In this document: piece after piece, positions 29,967-38,689 of the stretch
Numbering within the stretch: the stretch's first letter is position 1
Layout of the letters: each line of letters opens with the position of its first letter
Assembly: GCA_003279765.1 (NCBI GenBank)
Contig: QCHC01000001.1
Span: 9,519-73,518, forward strand
Length of the DNA: 64,000 nt
Reading direction: 5' to 3'
From: Pelagibacteraceae bacterium AG-390-M19
GTDB lineage: Bacteria; Pseudomonadota; Alphaproteobacteria; Pelagibacterales; Pelagibacteraceae
The notes under the pieces: model-generated
The model's database searches: none
The model's input: only the letters and a program-made list of their open reading frames with translations
What the model was told of the DNA's origin: nothing
Made by a program: the position numbers and the translations under genes

Positions 29967-31138
29967 TTAAGACTTTTAAGAGCTTGTTTTATATCAGCTA
30001 TAAGATCTGCAGGATCCTCTAAACCAATATGTAATCTAACTATGTACTCATTTTTTGCTAATTTAAGATAATCTCTATTTCCTTGTTCTCTAACATTTTG
30101 ATGTAATGCTAAACTCTCAAACCCTCCCCAACTATATCCATGTCCAAATAATTTTAAATTATTTACAAATTTAACAACTGCTTTTTCACTTTTGGCTTTA
30201 ATTCTTAAACCCATTAAACCTGAAGCACCTGAGTAATATTTCTTCCACATTCTAAAATTGTAAGAATCTTTTTTGTAAGGATATAATAATTTTATATTTT
30301 TAAATTTAGATAAAAACTCTGCTACTTTTTTTGCATTTTCTCTATGCCTATCTAATCTGACATCTAAAGTTCTTAATCCTCTAGTAATCAAATAAGCATC
30401 ATCAGGTCCCAATCTTAATCCAGAAACCCTTTCTGCTGCTTTTACTTTTGGAAATACCTTTCTATTTACAGCTAAACTTCCACCCATTACATCAGAATGA
30501 CCAGAATAATATTTTGTAGCTGAAACAATTGCCATATCAAAACCAAGTTTAATGGGTTTTAAAAAATATGGGGTTCCCCATGTGTTATCAATTGCTGTTA
30601 AAATTTTATGTTTTTTTGCTATGGAAACAATTTTACCTAAATCTTGAAAATCAAATGTGTTGCTTCCTGGATTTTCTACAAAAATTAATTTAGTTTTTTT
30701 TGTAATTGCTTTTTCTAACGTTTTAAGATCGTGTGGATCATAAAAAGTTGTTTTGATATTAAATTCTTTTAAAAATTCTTCTGTTAGCAACCTAGTCGGA
30801 CTGTAAACTGGATCAGCGGCGATAATTTCATCACCAGGTCTTGTCACACTAAAAATTGCAAGAAATACAGCGCCAAACCCAGTAGGTGTTAAGAAAGTAA
30901 AATAACTCTCCTCAAGTTTAGATAAAATTTGTTGCAGTATGTGAGTCGTAGAAGTTCCTTGTCTTCCATAATCAAAATGACCACCTGTAGGGTTTTTTTT
31001 TGCCTTGTCTTGAGTTTTTCTAATATCTTGCATCGATTTAAAAATAATCGTTGATGCACGCACAATTGGTGGATTAACAGACTGATTATGAAAGTCTTTA
31101 GCGGTATGTTTTAGAAACGTTTTAAAAGAATTACTCAT
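29963..31138 (-). CDS. metC: Cystathionine beta-lyase
   Basis: VNPPIVRASTI, YGRQGT, DNTW, SATKYYSGHSD, GYSWGGFESL. Confidence 0.88.
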   Translation of the reverse strand: MSNSFKTFLKHTAKDFHNQSVNPPIVRASTIIFKSMQDIRKTQDKAKKNPTGGHFDYGRQGTSTTHILQQILSKLEESYFTFLTPTGFGAVFLAIFSVTRPGDEIIAADPVYSPTRLLTEEFLKEFNIKTTFYDPHDLKTLEKAITKKTKLIFVENPGSNTFDFQDLGKIVSIAKKHKILTAIDNTWGTPYFLKPIKLGFDMAIVSATKYYSGHSDVMGGSLAVNRKVFPKVKAAERVSGLRLGPDDAYLITRGLRTLDVRLDRHRENAKKVAEFLSKFKNIKLLYPYKKDSYNFRMWKKYYSGASGLMGLRIKAKSEKAVVKFVNNLKLFGHGYSWGGFESLALHQNVREQGNRDYLKLAKNEYIVRLHIGLEDPADLIADIKQALKSLK

Positions 31139-31146
31139 AATAAAAT

Positions 31147-31175
31147 TTGATATGTTTAAAAGACAATGCTATATC
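31147..31175 (+). promoter_or_regulatory. Sigma70-like promoter upstream of the small basic ORF
   Basis: TTGATA (31147)-17 nt-TATATC (31170), with TGn extended -10. Confidence 0.5.
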
Positions 31176-31212
31176 CCGTAAAAAACGTCAATAAATTAAT
31201 AAATAGGACTAA

Positions 31213-31296
31213 ATGAGTTATCCGAAGAAACATAGGGGTCGAAGAAAACAAGGCTCCAAAAAGAGAAGAGCAAAGAGAAAAAATAAGAAGAAATAA
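31213..31296 (+). CDS. 27-aa K/R-rich small protein, not in the ORF track
   Basis: MSYPKKHRGRRKQGSKKRRAKRKNKKK; AGGA RBS; own promoter; ends 5 bp before the convergent mnmA stop. Confidence 0.6.
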   Translation: MSYPKKHRGRRKQGSKKRRAKRKNKKK

Positions 31297-31301
31297 TTCT
31301 T

Positions 31302-32420
31302 TTATTCTTTAATCCAACCACCACCAAGAACTCTATGGCCATATTGGTCTTTGCTGTAGAATACACATGCCTGACCTGGAGATATTCCATCCTCAGGATT
31401 TAATAAGTGAACATTTGCAGTGTTGTTATCATTTAAATCTACTTTTGCCTCAAGAAGACTGCCTGTTGATCTAACTTTTACGAATATGTTTTGATTGAGA
31501 TCTTTTTTATCGGTTAATAAATTTAAATCTTTTAAAGATATTTTTTTTTTTCCAAGGTTTTCTTTGGGTCCAACAATGATTTCATTTTTATCTGAATTTA
31601 TTTTTAAAACATATAATGCCTCTTTATCTGAAACTCTAATTCCTTTTCTTTGCCCAATAGTAAAATTAATAATACCATCGTGAACACCAATTACTTTTCC
31701 ATCTAAATTTTTAATATTACCTTTTTGAAATGAGTCTGGTCTAAATTTTCTAATTACGGATGCATAATCTCCATTAGGTACAAAACAAATATCTTGGCTA
31801 TCTGGTTTATCAGCTACATTTAAATCTAACTCTTTAGCAATTTCTCTTGTTTTATCTTTTAGCATTCCACCAAGTGGAAATCTCAAATAATCTAATTGCT
31901 CTCTTGTTGTGTTAAATAAAAAATAACTTTGATCTCTATTTTCATCAATAGCTCTGTACATATTGTTAGTGTTGTTTGAGGTAATATTTTTTACATAATG
32001 TCCAGTAACTAGTGCATCTGCTTTTAGTTCTTTTGATACTTCAAATAAATCTTTAAATTTTACAGTTTGATTACATTGAACACATGGAATTGGGGTTTCA
32101 CCTTTTAAATAACTATCTACAAAGTTATCGATAACTCCTTGCTTGAATTTATCTTGATAATATAAAATTTTGTGTTCAATACCTAATTTATGGGCAACAC
32201 GTTTTGCATCCATGATATCTTGACCTGAACAACACTGCTTAGATTTAACAACTTCTTTACCATCATCATAAAGTTTAAGAGTGATTCCTATAACTTTGTA
32301 ACCTTCATTTTTCATAATCCCTGCTACTGTAGATGAATCTACTCCACCTGACATTGCAACAACCACGGTTGTATCTTCAGGTTTTTTATTAATTCCAATA
32401 GAGTTTAATTCTTTATTCAT
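31302..32420 (-). CDS. mnmA: tRNA-specific 2-thiouridylase
   Basis: [48 protein letters not shown]. Confidence 0.96.
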   Translation of the reverse strand: MNKELNSIGINKKPEDTTVVVAMSGGVDSSTVAGIMKNEGYKVIGITLKLYDDGKEVVKSKQCCSGQDIMDAKRVAHKLGIEHKILYYQDKFKQGVIDNFVDSYLKGETPIPCVQCNQTVKFKDLFEVSKELKADALVTGHYVKNITSNNTNNMYRAIDENRDQSYFLFNTTREQLDYLRFPLGGMLKDKTREIAKELDLNVADKPDSQDICFVPNGDYASVIRKFRPDSFQKGNIKNLDGKVIGVHDGIINFTIGQRKGIRVSDKEALYVLKINSDKNEIIVGPKENLGKKKISLKDLNLLTDKKDLNQNIFVKVRSTGSLLEAKVDLNDNNTANVHLLNPEDGISPGQACVFYSKDQYGHRVLGGGWIKE

Positions 32421-32461
32421 TAGGTGGTATTTATACTTATTTACAATATAAGTTAAATTAA

Positions 32462-32632
32462 ATGATTTTAGATTATGAACCAGGCGACAAAGTCACTAAT
32501 CCAGAGAAACAAGACTGGGGTATTGGGCAAGTGCAATCAATTATAAAGGATAAAGTTACAGTTAACTTTGAAAATGCAGGTAAAAAAGTAATAAATGCAA
32601 AAAATATAGAATTAAAAAAAATTGGTAAATAA
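32462..32632 (+). CDS. DUF3553-like small protein (56 aa), not in the ORF track
   Basis: [45 protein letters not shown]...; DWGIGQVQS and VNFE.AGK motif. Confidence 0.8.
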   Translation: MILDYEPGDKVTNPEKQDWGIGQVQSIIKDKVTVNFENAGKKVINAKNIELKKIGK

Positions 32633-32636
32633 AAAA

Positions 32637-33401
32637 ATGAACTTACAAAAAATTATTGAAGATTTGGTTGATACCTTTTTGTCAGCTGGAGACTTATCAC
32701 TTCAACTGAGGGATAAGGGATTAAGTAAAGAAATTAAATCTGATAATACTCCAGTGAGTAATGGTGATATTGAAGTAAATAATTTTATTTCCTCACAAAT
32801 AGCAAAAGTAACACCTAACATTCCAATTATTTCAGAAGAAACTTCTGAAAATAAAGAAAACGCTAAATTAAAAAATTTTTGGTTAGTGGATCCTATTGAT
32901 GGAACATATGATTATATAAATAATTTAGAGGAATTTACTATTAATGCAGGTTTAATTATCAATAACAAACCTGTTGCAGGTTTGATAAATGCACCTGCTA
33001 AAAAAAGAATGTTTTATTCTTATGGTAAAGGTAAATCTTTTGAATTTACCAATAACGAAACAATAAATCTTTCTGAGCTGCCCTCTAAAAGAACCGAACC
33101 ACTAAATTTTATTTCTTACAGTAATAAAATAAAACCTGAGATTCAAAAAATTTATGATGAATTAGGTGTAAAGAAGCATACTCGGATGAAAAGTTCTCTA
33201 AAATTTTGTGTTGTTGCTGCATGTGAGTTTGATGGTTATGTTGCTGAGCCTCGAGCTTACGAGTGGGATATTGCAGCAGGACATGCAATTTTAGAAAATG
33301 CAAGAGGAACTGTTAGAGACTTTAATGGAAATGAAATTTTATATGGTAAGAAAGATTTAAAAAATCCAAGTTTAATTTTAAAAAGTAAAAATATAATTTA
33401 A
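32637..33401 (+). CDS. cysQ: 3'(2'),5'-bisphosphate nucleotidase
   Basis: KSDNTPVS, ISEE, WLVDPIDGT, SSLKFC, EWDIAAGHAIL; ATG at 32637. Confidence 0.88.
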   Translation: MNLQKIIEDLVDTFLSAGDLSLQLRDKGLSKEIKSDNTPVSNGDIEVNNFISSQIAKVTPNIPIISEETSENKENAKLKNFWLVDPIDGTYDYINNLEEFTINAGLIINNKPVAGLINAPAKKRMFYSYGKGKSFEFTNNETINLSELPSKRTEPLNFISYSNKIKPEIQKIYDELGVKKHTRMKSSLKFCVVAACEFDGYVAEPRAYEWDIAAGHAILENARGTVRDFNGNEILYGKKDLKNPSLILKSKNII

Positions 33402-33544
33402 TGGATGAACAATTAAGAATTATATTAATAATAATAGTATCTGTCTCAATTTTTGGATTACTAGTTTTTATTTTTGTTAAAAATTATATTAGAAACAAAA
33501 TAAATCATCTTGTTGATGAAGAGAAAAAAAGAAAATTAAAGTAA
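33401..33544 (+). CDS. 47-aa single-TM small protein, not in the ORF track
   Basis: MDEQLRIILIIIVSVSIFGLLVFIFVKNYIRNKINHLVDEEKKRKLK; TAATG overlap with the cysQ stop. Confidence 0.6.
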   Translation: MDEQLRIILIIIVSVSIFGLLVFIFVKNYIRNKINHLVDEEKKRKLK

Positions 33545-34099
33545 TTTAATTATCTTTTCATATTCATTTTTATCAATATCCATTACTTTTTTTGATGTTT
33601 CAAAATCAAATCCATTTCTTGCTAGTAAGGAAATATCTTTTTTATAAAACAAAGTTCTATTATCTTCTGCTCTTGCTGGCCCTATTCTCTTTTTCTTACA
33701 TAATTTTATAGCTGAAAAAAAATCCTGATCAGAATTATCTGCTTTAATTTTCTCGACAGTGTCTTTAATAAAACCATGATCAATACCTTTGCCCATCAAA
33801 TAATTTCTAATTTTGTTTATGGAATTACCTCTTTGGATCATGCTCTTTGCTTTACTATCTGAATAAAATTGATCATTAATAAATTTATTTTTTTCTAGAT
33901 CAGATAGAACAATATCAATTAATTTATTTACATCTTTTTTTCTTGAGTCTGTTGCAGAGAGTTTCATATATTTTTTTAATAAATATGTTTTAAGTTGTTG
34001 TTTTGAAGGTGCATATTTTTCAACATAGGCAAACGCAAAATTCCTCATTTCATCAACGGTAACTTGAAGTGTTTTTCTTTTATTTCTTATAGGAATCAT
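33536..34099 (-). CDS. recX: RecX regulatory protein
   Basis: FINDQFY, RGNSINKIRNYLMGKGI, LARNGFDF, typical of alphaproteobacterial RecX. Confidence 0.8.
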   Translation of the reverse strand: MIPIRNKRKTLQVTVDEMRNFAFAYVEKYAPSKQQLKTYLLKKYMKLSATDSRKKDVNKLIDIVLSDLEKNKFINDQFYSDSKAKSMIQRGNSINKIRNYLMGKGIDHGFIKDTVEKIKADNSDQDFFSAIKLCKKKRIGPARAEDNRTLFYKKDISLLARNGFDFETSKKVMDIDKNEYEKIIKLL

Positions 34100-34123
34100 C
34101 GTTAGATTTTATATAATATAAAT

Positions 34124-34597
34124 ATGATCGAACAAATTTATAACTATTTCACAATTGATGTACTTTATATGTGGATCAATTTAGGTGTTATACCTTTTTG
34201 GTTCATCTTAATCGTGTTTCCTCAATCTCACTTAAGTAGATATGTGGTAACTACCATATTTCCTTTTATATTATTAAGTGGTGTTTATATTTATATTTTA
34301 TACAGATCCTTCACAGTTGGTTACGACTTCGATGCAAATTTTAGTTTGTATCTTGGTCTGGTTGAGTTGTCTCGACTATTTGAAGATAATTTATATCTAA
34401 CTCTTTTTTGGACTCATTTCGTATCTATTAATTTGTTTATTGGAGGATGGATGGTTAAAGACTCACAAAAATACCAAGTAAATAAAGTATTAATGTCAGT
34501 TCCATTAATAATAACGTACTTAATTGGACCTATTGGATTGTTTTTTTATTGGATAATTAGAATTTTTTACGCCAAAAAGCTAAATCTATATGAGTGA
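34124..34597 (+). CDS. ABA4-like (DUF4281) membrane protein
   Basis: PFWFILIVFP, WTHFVSINLFIGGW, GPIGL. Confidence 0.8.
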   Translation: MIEQIYNYFTIDVLYMWINLGVIPFWFILIVFPQSHLSRYVVTTIFPFILLSGVYIYILYRSFTVGYDFDANFSLYLGLVELSRLFEDNLYLTLFWTHFVSINLFIGGWMVKDSQKYQVNKVLMSVPLIITYLIGPIGLFFYWIIRIFYAKKLNLYE

Positions 34598-35168
34598 TCA
34601 TATAGATTTTTATTTTGATATTATTAGTCCTTACGCATACATAGCTTATAAAAAAATTTTAAAAATAAAAGATATTAATTTTAAACTAAAGCCAATATTT
34701 TTAGGTGGACTTCATAACATAGCAGGTATTACAGCACCTGCTTTTAATAAATATAAAATGAAAAACATGCAAAATGATTGTGAGCTTGTTGCAAAAAAAA
34801 ATAATATAAATTTTAAATGGAACTCTAAATTTCCAATCAACTCTCTACATATAATGAGAGGCTACCTTGGTGTTAAAGACAATAAAAAAGAGGAATACTT
34901 AAATTCTTTTTTTGAAGCTTATTGGAAAGAAGATCTAGATTTATCTAAACAAGAAAATGTTAAAATTCAGTTAAAAAAATTAAAGATTGATGAAAATGCT
35001 TTTTTTAATTCTATTGGTAACCAAGAAATTAAAGATAAATTAAAACAATATACACAAGAAGCATTTGAAAAAGAAGTGTTTGGAGCTCCAACCTTTATAG
35101 TAAATAATAAAATTTTCTGGGGACAAGACCGTCTTGAATATGCCTTAGATGAAATTAAAAATATTTAA
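34590..35168 (+). CDS. 2-hydroxychromene-2-carboxylate isomerase / GST-kappa (DsbA family)
   Basis: FYFDIISPYAY, VFGAPTFIV, FWGQDRL. Confidence 0.88.
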   Translation: MSDHIDFYFDIISPYAYIAYKKILKIKDINFKLKPIFLGGLHNIAGITAPAFNKYKMKNMQNDCELVAKKNNINFKWNSKFPINSLHIMRGYLGVKDNKKEEYLNSFFEAYWKEDLDLSKQENVKIQLKKLKIDENAFFNSIGNQEIKDKLKQYTQEAFEKEVFGAPTFIVNNKIFWGQDRLEYALDEIKNI

Positions 35169-35518
35169 ACTATTTTAAAACTACTATTACTTATAGATCC
35201 AAAACCGCCTTCAATGTGGGAAATGTTTTTGAAACCTTTTTCCGTTAAGGATTTTACTGACATTTCAGATCTAATTCCTCCAGCACAAAACAAAACTACC
35301 TCTTTTTCTTTATCAATTTGACCGTTCTTAAAAATATTACTATCTGGATCAAGAAGAATTTCCAAATCACCCATAGGAATATGATTAGCCCCTTCAACTT
35401 TTCCAGTAAGTTCTAATTCCTTTAATTCTCTTATATCAATTAGATTGCATTTGTTTTCTTGAACCATTTGATACGCCTCGTCAACACTTATAGTTTTTAT
35501 TGAATTCATAGTATTCAT
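35165..35518 (-). CDS. Single-domain rhodanese
   Basis: IDIRE, catalytic loop FCAGGIRS, HIEGGF. Confidence 0.88.
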   Translation of the reverse strand: MNTMNSIKTISVDEAYQMVQENKCNLIDIRELKELELTGKVEGANHIPMGDLEILLDPDSNIFKNGQIDKEKEVVLFCAGGIRSEMSVKSLTEKGFKNISHIEGGFGSISNSSFKIV

Positions 35519-35667
35519 TAAAAATTTTGAAATGATTTTATTTTTACAGAGTTATTATAATATAATATAATTTAATGTATATAAAGAACGTGCACCCTAA
35601 AATATTTGGACTATTTAAATTAAATATCAAAAATTTAGATTAAGATTAAATATAAAGTTTAAATTTT

Positions 35668-36657
35668 ATGAATGAAAAAATTTGCATCGTCTATACTCAC
35701 CATAAACTTGGAGATCTAATTTGGCAATTACCATATATAAAAGCAATCAGCCAATATCATAAGCAGGGAGTAGATGTAATTCTTAGAGAAAAAACACAGG
35801 CTAAAAATATACTAAAAGATATAACCCATATAAATTTGATAAATTATAACAATTTTAGAAAAGGTATTTTTTATTGGGTAGATGTAATTAAGTTAATTAG
35901 GATTTATCTAAAAAATAAATATTCTCATGTTTACGTTTTAGATAAAGTGAATAAACCTGCTATAGCTGCAAAACTTAGTAATATTAAAAATATTATTGGT
36001 CCAGGAATTGGAAATCAAAAAAAATGGTTGACTGTAAAAAAATATTTAAGCTCAGAAGATGCAAAATTAAATTATTCTGAACAGTCGCAAAAAATGCTTA
36101 AAATTAATTCTATACCTATCAATAATATTTATCCTGAACTTAGAATTAATATCGAAAGATTAAAAAATGAAAATTCAGATTTAAAAACAAAAGGAAAAAA
36201 AATAGCATTTGGTATTGATTCATTTGAAGATTATAAAATGTGGTTTGAAGAAAATTTTATAGAATTGGCTGATAAGCTTTATGCAGAAAAACTATTTGAT
36301 TATATATATCTTATTTGTGGTAAAGAAAAATCATACTTAGCTGATAATATTATTAAACTTTCTAAGAAAAAATATTTTATAAATTGTTCAAATAAAGATT
36401 TAAATGGAATTATATTTGCCCTTAAAAATTCAAGTTTTTTAGTTGGCAATAATTCTGGACCAATTAATTTAGCAGCTGCTTTAGGAGTAAAGTCTTTTGG
36501 TTTAATTGCAAACGATCCTATTGAAGAATTGCAATTCAGTAAAATTAAAATTATAACTCCTGATAATTATTCGAATATAAGATGCAGAGAAAGAGTGGGT
36601 ATGAAAAAACTTACTGTTGATAAAGTTTTTAATAAAATAATGGAGGATTTAAATTAA
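35668..36657 (+). CDS. Glycosyltransferase family 9 (heptosyltransferase-like)
   Basis: KLGDLI, VGNNSGPINLAAALG. Confidence 0.8.
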   Translation: MNEKICIVYTHHKLGDLIWQLPYIKAISQYHKQGVDVILREKTQAKNILKDITHINLINYNNFRKGIFYWVDVIKLIRIYLKNKYSHVYVLDKVNKPAIAAKLSNIKNIIGPGIGNQKKWLTVKKYLSSEDAKLNYSEQSQKMLKINSIPINNIYPELRINIERLKNENSDLKTKGKKIAFGIDSFEDYKMWFEENFIELADKLYAEKLFDYIYLICGKEKSYLADNIIKLSKKKYFINCSNKDLNGIIFALKNSSFLVGNNSGPINLAAALGVKSFGLIANDPIEELQFSKIKIITPDNYSNIRCRERVGMKKLTVDKVFNKIMEDLN

Positions 36658-37112
36658 TGAAAGCATCGAATTTTACATTGCCATCTACAAGTAAGAAAAA
36701 TTTTATTTTAAAAGATACTCTTGGTAAATTTGTTGTCTTATATTTTTATCCAAAAGATGACACACCTGGATGTACAATTGAAACAAATGATTTTAACAAA
36801 TTTTTATCCAAATTTAAAAAATTAGATTGTGAAATTTATGGAATTTCAAAGGATGGTATAAAAAGTCACGATAAATTTAGAGATAAATATAAAATTAAAT
36901 TTGATTTATTGGCTGATGAAGAATTAAAAGTTCTCAAAAAATATAAGGTCTGGGGTAAGAAAAAGTTTATGGGTCGTGAATTTATGGGAATAAATAGAAC
37001 AACTTTTTTAATTGATAAAAAAGGTAAAATTGTAAAAATTTGGGAAAACGTTAAAGTAAAAGATCACGCTAAAGAAGTCTTAGAAACATTAAAAGATATT
37101 TCAAAAAAATAA
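36657..37112 (+). CDS. bcp: Peroxiredoxin BCP
   Basis: LYFYPKDDTPGCTIE, RTTFLID. Confidence 0.92.
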   Translation: MKASNFTLPSTSKKNFILKDTLGKFVVLYFYPKDDTPGCTIETNDFNKFLSKFKKLDCEIYGISKDGIKSHDKFRDKYKIKFDLLADEELKVLKKYKVWGKKKFMGREFMGINRTTFLIDKKGKIVKIWENVKVKDHAKEVLETLKDISKK

Positions 37113-37115
37113 AAA

Positions 37116-37143
37116 AAAGGCCCCTTATTTCTAAGGAGCCTTT
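37116..37143 (-). terminator. Intrinsic terminator of the downstream amt
   Basis: Minus strand AAAGGCTCCTTA-GAAA-TAAGGGGCCTTT followed by a T-run. Confidence 0.8.
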
Positions 37144-37167
37144 AAAAGTTATATATAGAGAGATAGT

Positions 37168-38460
37168 TTAGTCTCTAATTGCATAGGCTTTAACACCAAC
37201 TTCTGCAACATCAGTTCCAAGTTTTTCAGCTTGTGAACTAATTCTAAGACCAATTGTTTGTTTTAGAACTTTGAATGTAATGTACGAAAGCACAAAACTA
37301 AATACACATACTGCAATCACACCTGTTAACTGAGTTCCAAAATTTGTACCCGAGTTACTTAATGGAACAACTAAAGTTCCAAAGATACCAGCAAACATGT
37401 GTACAGGAATTGCACCGACTACATCATCAATTTTTTTACTTTCTAAAAACTTTGTACCAAAGTACATAATTAATGAACCAATAGCTCCAATTGCAATTGC
37501 AAGAATTGGACTTGGAGTTAAAGGTTCTGCAGTAATTGCAACTAAACCTGCTAATGCTCCATTCAGCATCATTACAATATCTGTTTTACCACCAAGTAAT
37601 CTTGTAACTACTGCAGCAGCAACAGTACCAGCAGCTCCTGCTAAGTGAGTGTTAACTGCAATTTTACTAATTGCATTTACATCATCAAATGTTCCCATGG
37701 CAAGTTGACTGAAACCATTAAATCCAAACCAACCAAACCATAATAAAAAAGTGCCTAATGTAACTAGTGGTATTGAAGATGCTGCAAAAGGTACCAAAGA
37801 TTTTGTTTCACCTTTTTTATTAAATCTTCCTTCTCTTGCGCCTAACACTATTACACCTGCTAAGGCAGCTGCTCCACCACATGCGTGAACTAACGTTGAG
37901 CCAGCAAAATCAGAGAAGCCTGAAGTTGCTAACCAACCTCCACCCCACTGCCATCCCATTGAAATAGGATAAATGATACCAGCCATAATTGCTGCAAAAA
38001 TAAAAAATGGCCAAATTTTAATTCTTTCTGCTACAGCACCCGATACAATTGATGCAGTTGCACAAACAAACATTGTTTGGAAAAACCAATCTGAATAATC
38101 TGAATAACCTGTTGAAAGTTCTGAAGCATCGCTCCACATTGAGAATGATCCAATAAACCCACCTTCAGGAATTCCGTATGCTAAATTATAACCACAGAAA
38201 AAAAATACTAATGAGCAAATTGCAAACTTGCCAATGTTTTTTGCTGCAATTGTTGAAACACTTTTAGTTGTTACCAATCCACTCTCAAGCATACAAAAAC
38301 CTGCTGCCATGAATGCAACTAAAACACCACCAAGATAAAATCCTAGGGAATTGAAAATATATTGACCCTCAGCTGACATGGTTGTTTCTGCTGAAGCTAA
38401 ATTAGTAAAGCTTAAAAATATTATTAAGCTTAATGATATTTTTTTTAAATGATTATTCAT
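37168..38460 (-). CDS. amtB: Ammonium transporter (downstream copy)
   Basis: DFAGSTLVH, WFGWFGFN, DDVVGAIPVH; start moved to ATG 38460 behind AGGAGAG RBS. Confidence 0.93.
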   Translation of the reverse strand: MNNHLKKISLSLIIFLSFTNLASAETTMSAEGQYIFNSLGFYLGGVLVAFMAAGFCMLESGLVTTKSVSTIAAKNIGKFAICSLVFFFCGYNLAYGIPEGGFIGSFSMWSDASELSTGYSDYSDWFFQTMFVCATASIVSGAVAERIKIWPFFIFAAIMAGIIYPISMGWQWGGGWLATSGFSDFAGSTLVHACGGAAALAGVIVLGAREGRFNKKGETKSLVPFAASSIPLVTLGTFLLWFGWFGFNGFSQLAMGTFDDVNAISKIAVNTHLAGAAGTVAAAVVTRLLGGKTDIVMMLNGALAGLVAITAEPLTPSPILAIAIGAIGSLIMYFGTKFLESKKIDDVVGAIPVHMFAGIFGTLVVPLSNSGTNFGTQLTGVIAVCVFSFVLSYITFKVLKQTIGLRISSQAEKLGTDVAEVGVKAYAIRD

Positions 38461-38562
38461 TATCTCTCCTTTTTTTTGATTTGGCTGTTGTAATAAACAA
38501 TTAAATTTTAAGTACTGCTGATAGGTCAAAAGAGTTATGAGAAATAAACATATGTGTAAAAA

Positions 38563-38586
38563 AAAGGCCCCATTTCTGGGGCCTTT
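38563..38586 (-). terminator. Intrinsic terminator between the amt copies
   Basis: Minus strand AAAGGCCCCA-GAAA-TGGGGCCTTT followed by a T-run. Confidence 0.85.
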
Positions 38587-38630
38587 GGTTATTAACTAAC
38601 TAGAGAGAGAGATAAGTTAATTCTTTTTTT

Positions 38631-38677
38631 TAGAGGCTCTTCAATGAGATAACGACATGGAGATCGAAGAGCCTCTA
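38631..38677 (-). other. Large-loop hairpin in the 3' UTR of the upstream amt
   Basis: TAGAGGCTCTTC...GAAGAGCCTCTA perfect 12-bp stem around a 23-nt interior. Confidence 0.7.
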
Positions 38678-38689
38678 TATTGCATGCAA

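Noticed and set aside
31196-31390. 64-aa minus-strand ORF
   Set aside because: Overlaps the mnmA 3' end out of frame and is antisense to the better-supported 27-aa plus-strand ORF.
35519-35667. 149-bp AT-rich spacer as an ncRNA or small ORF
   Set aside because: No stable hairpin or credible ORF; consistent with divergent promoters.
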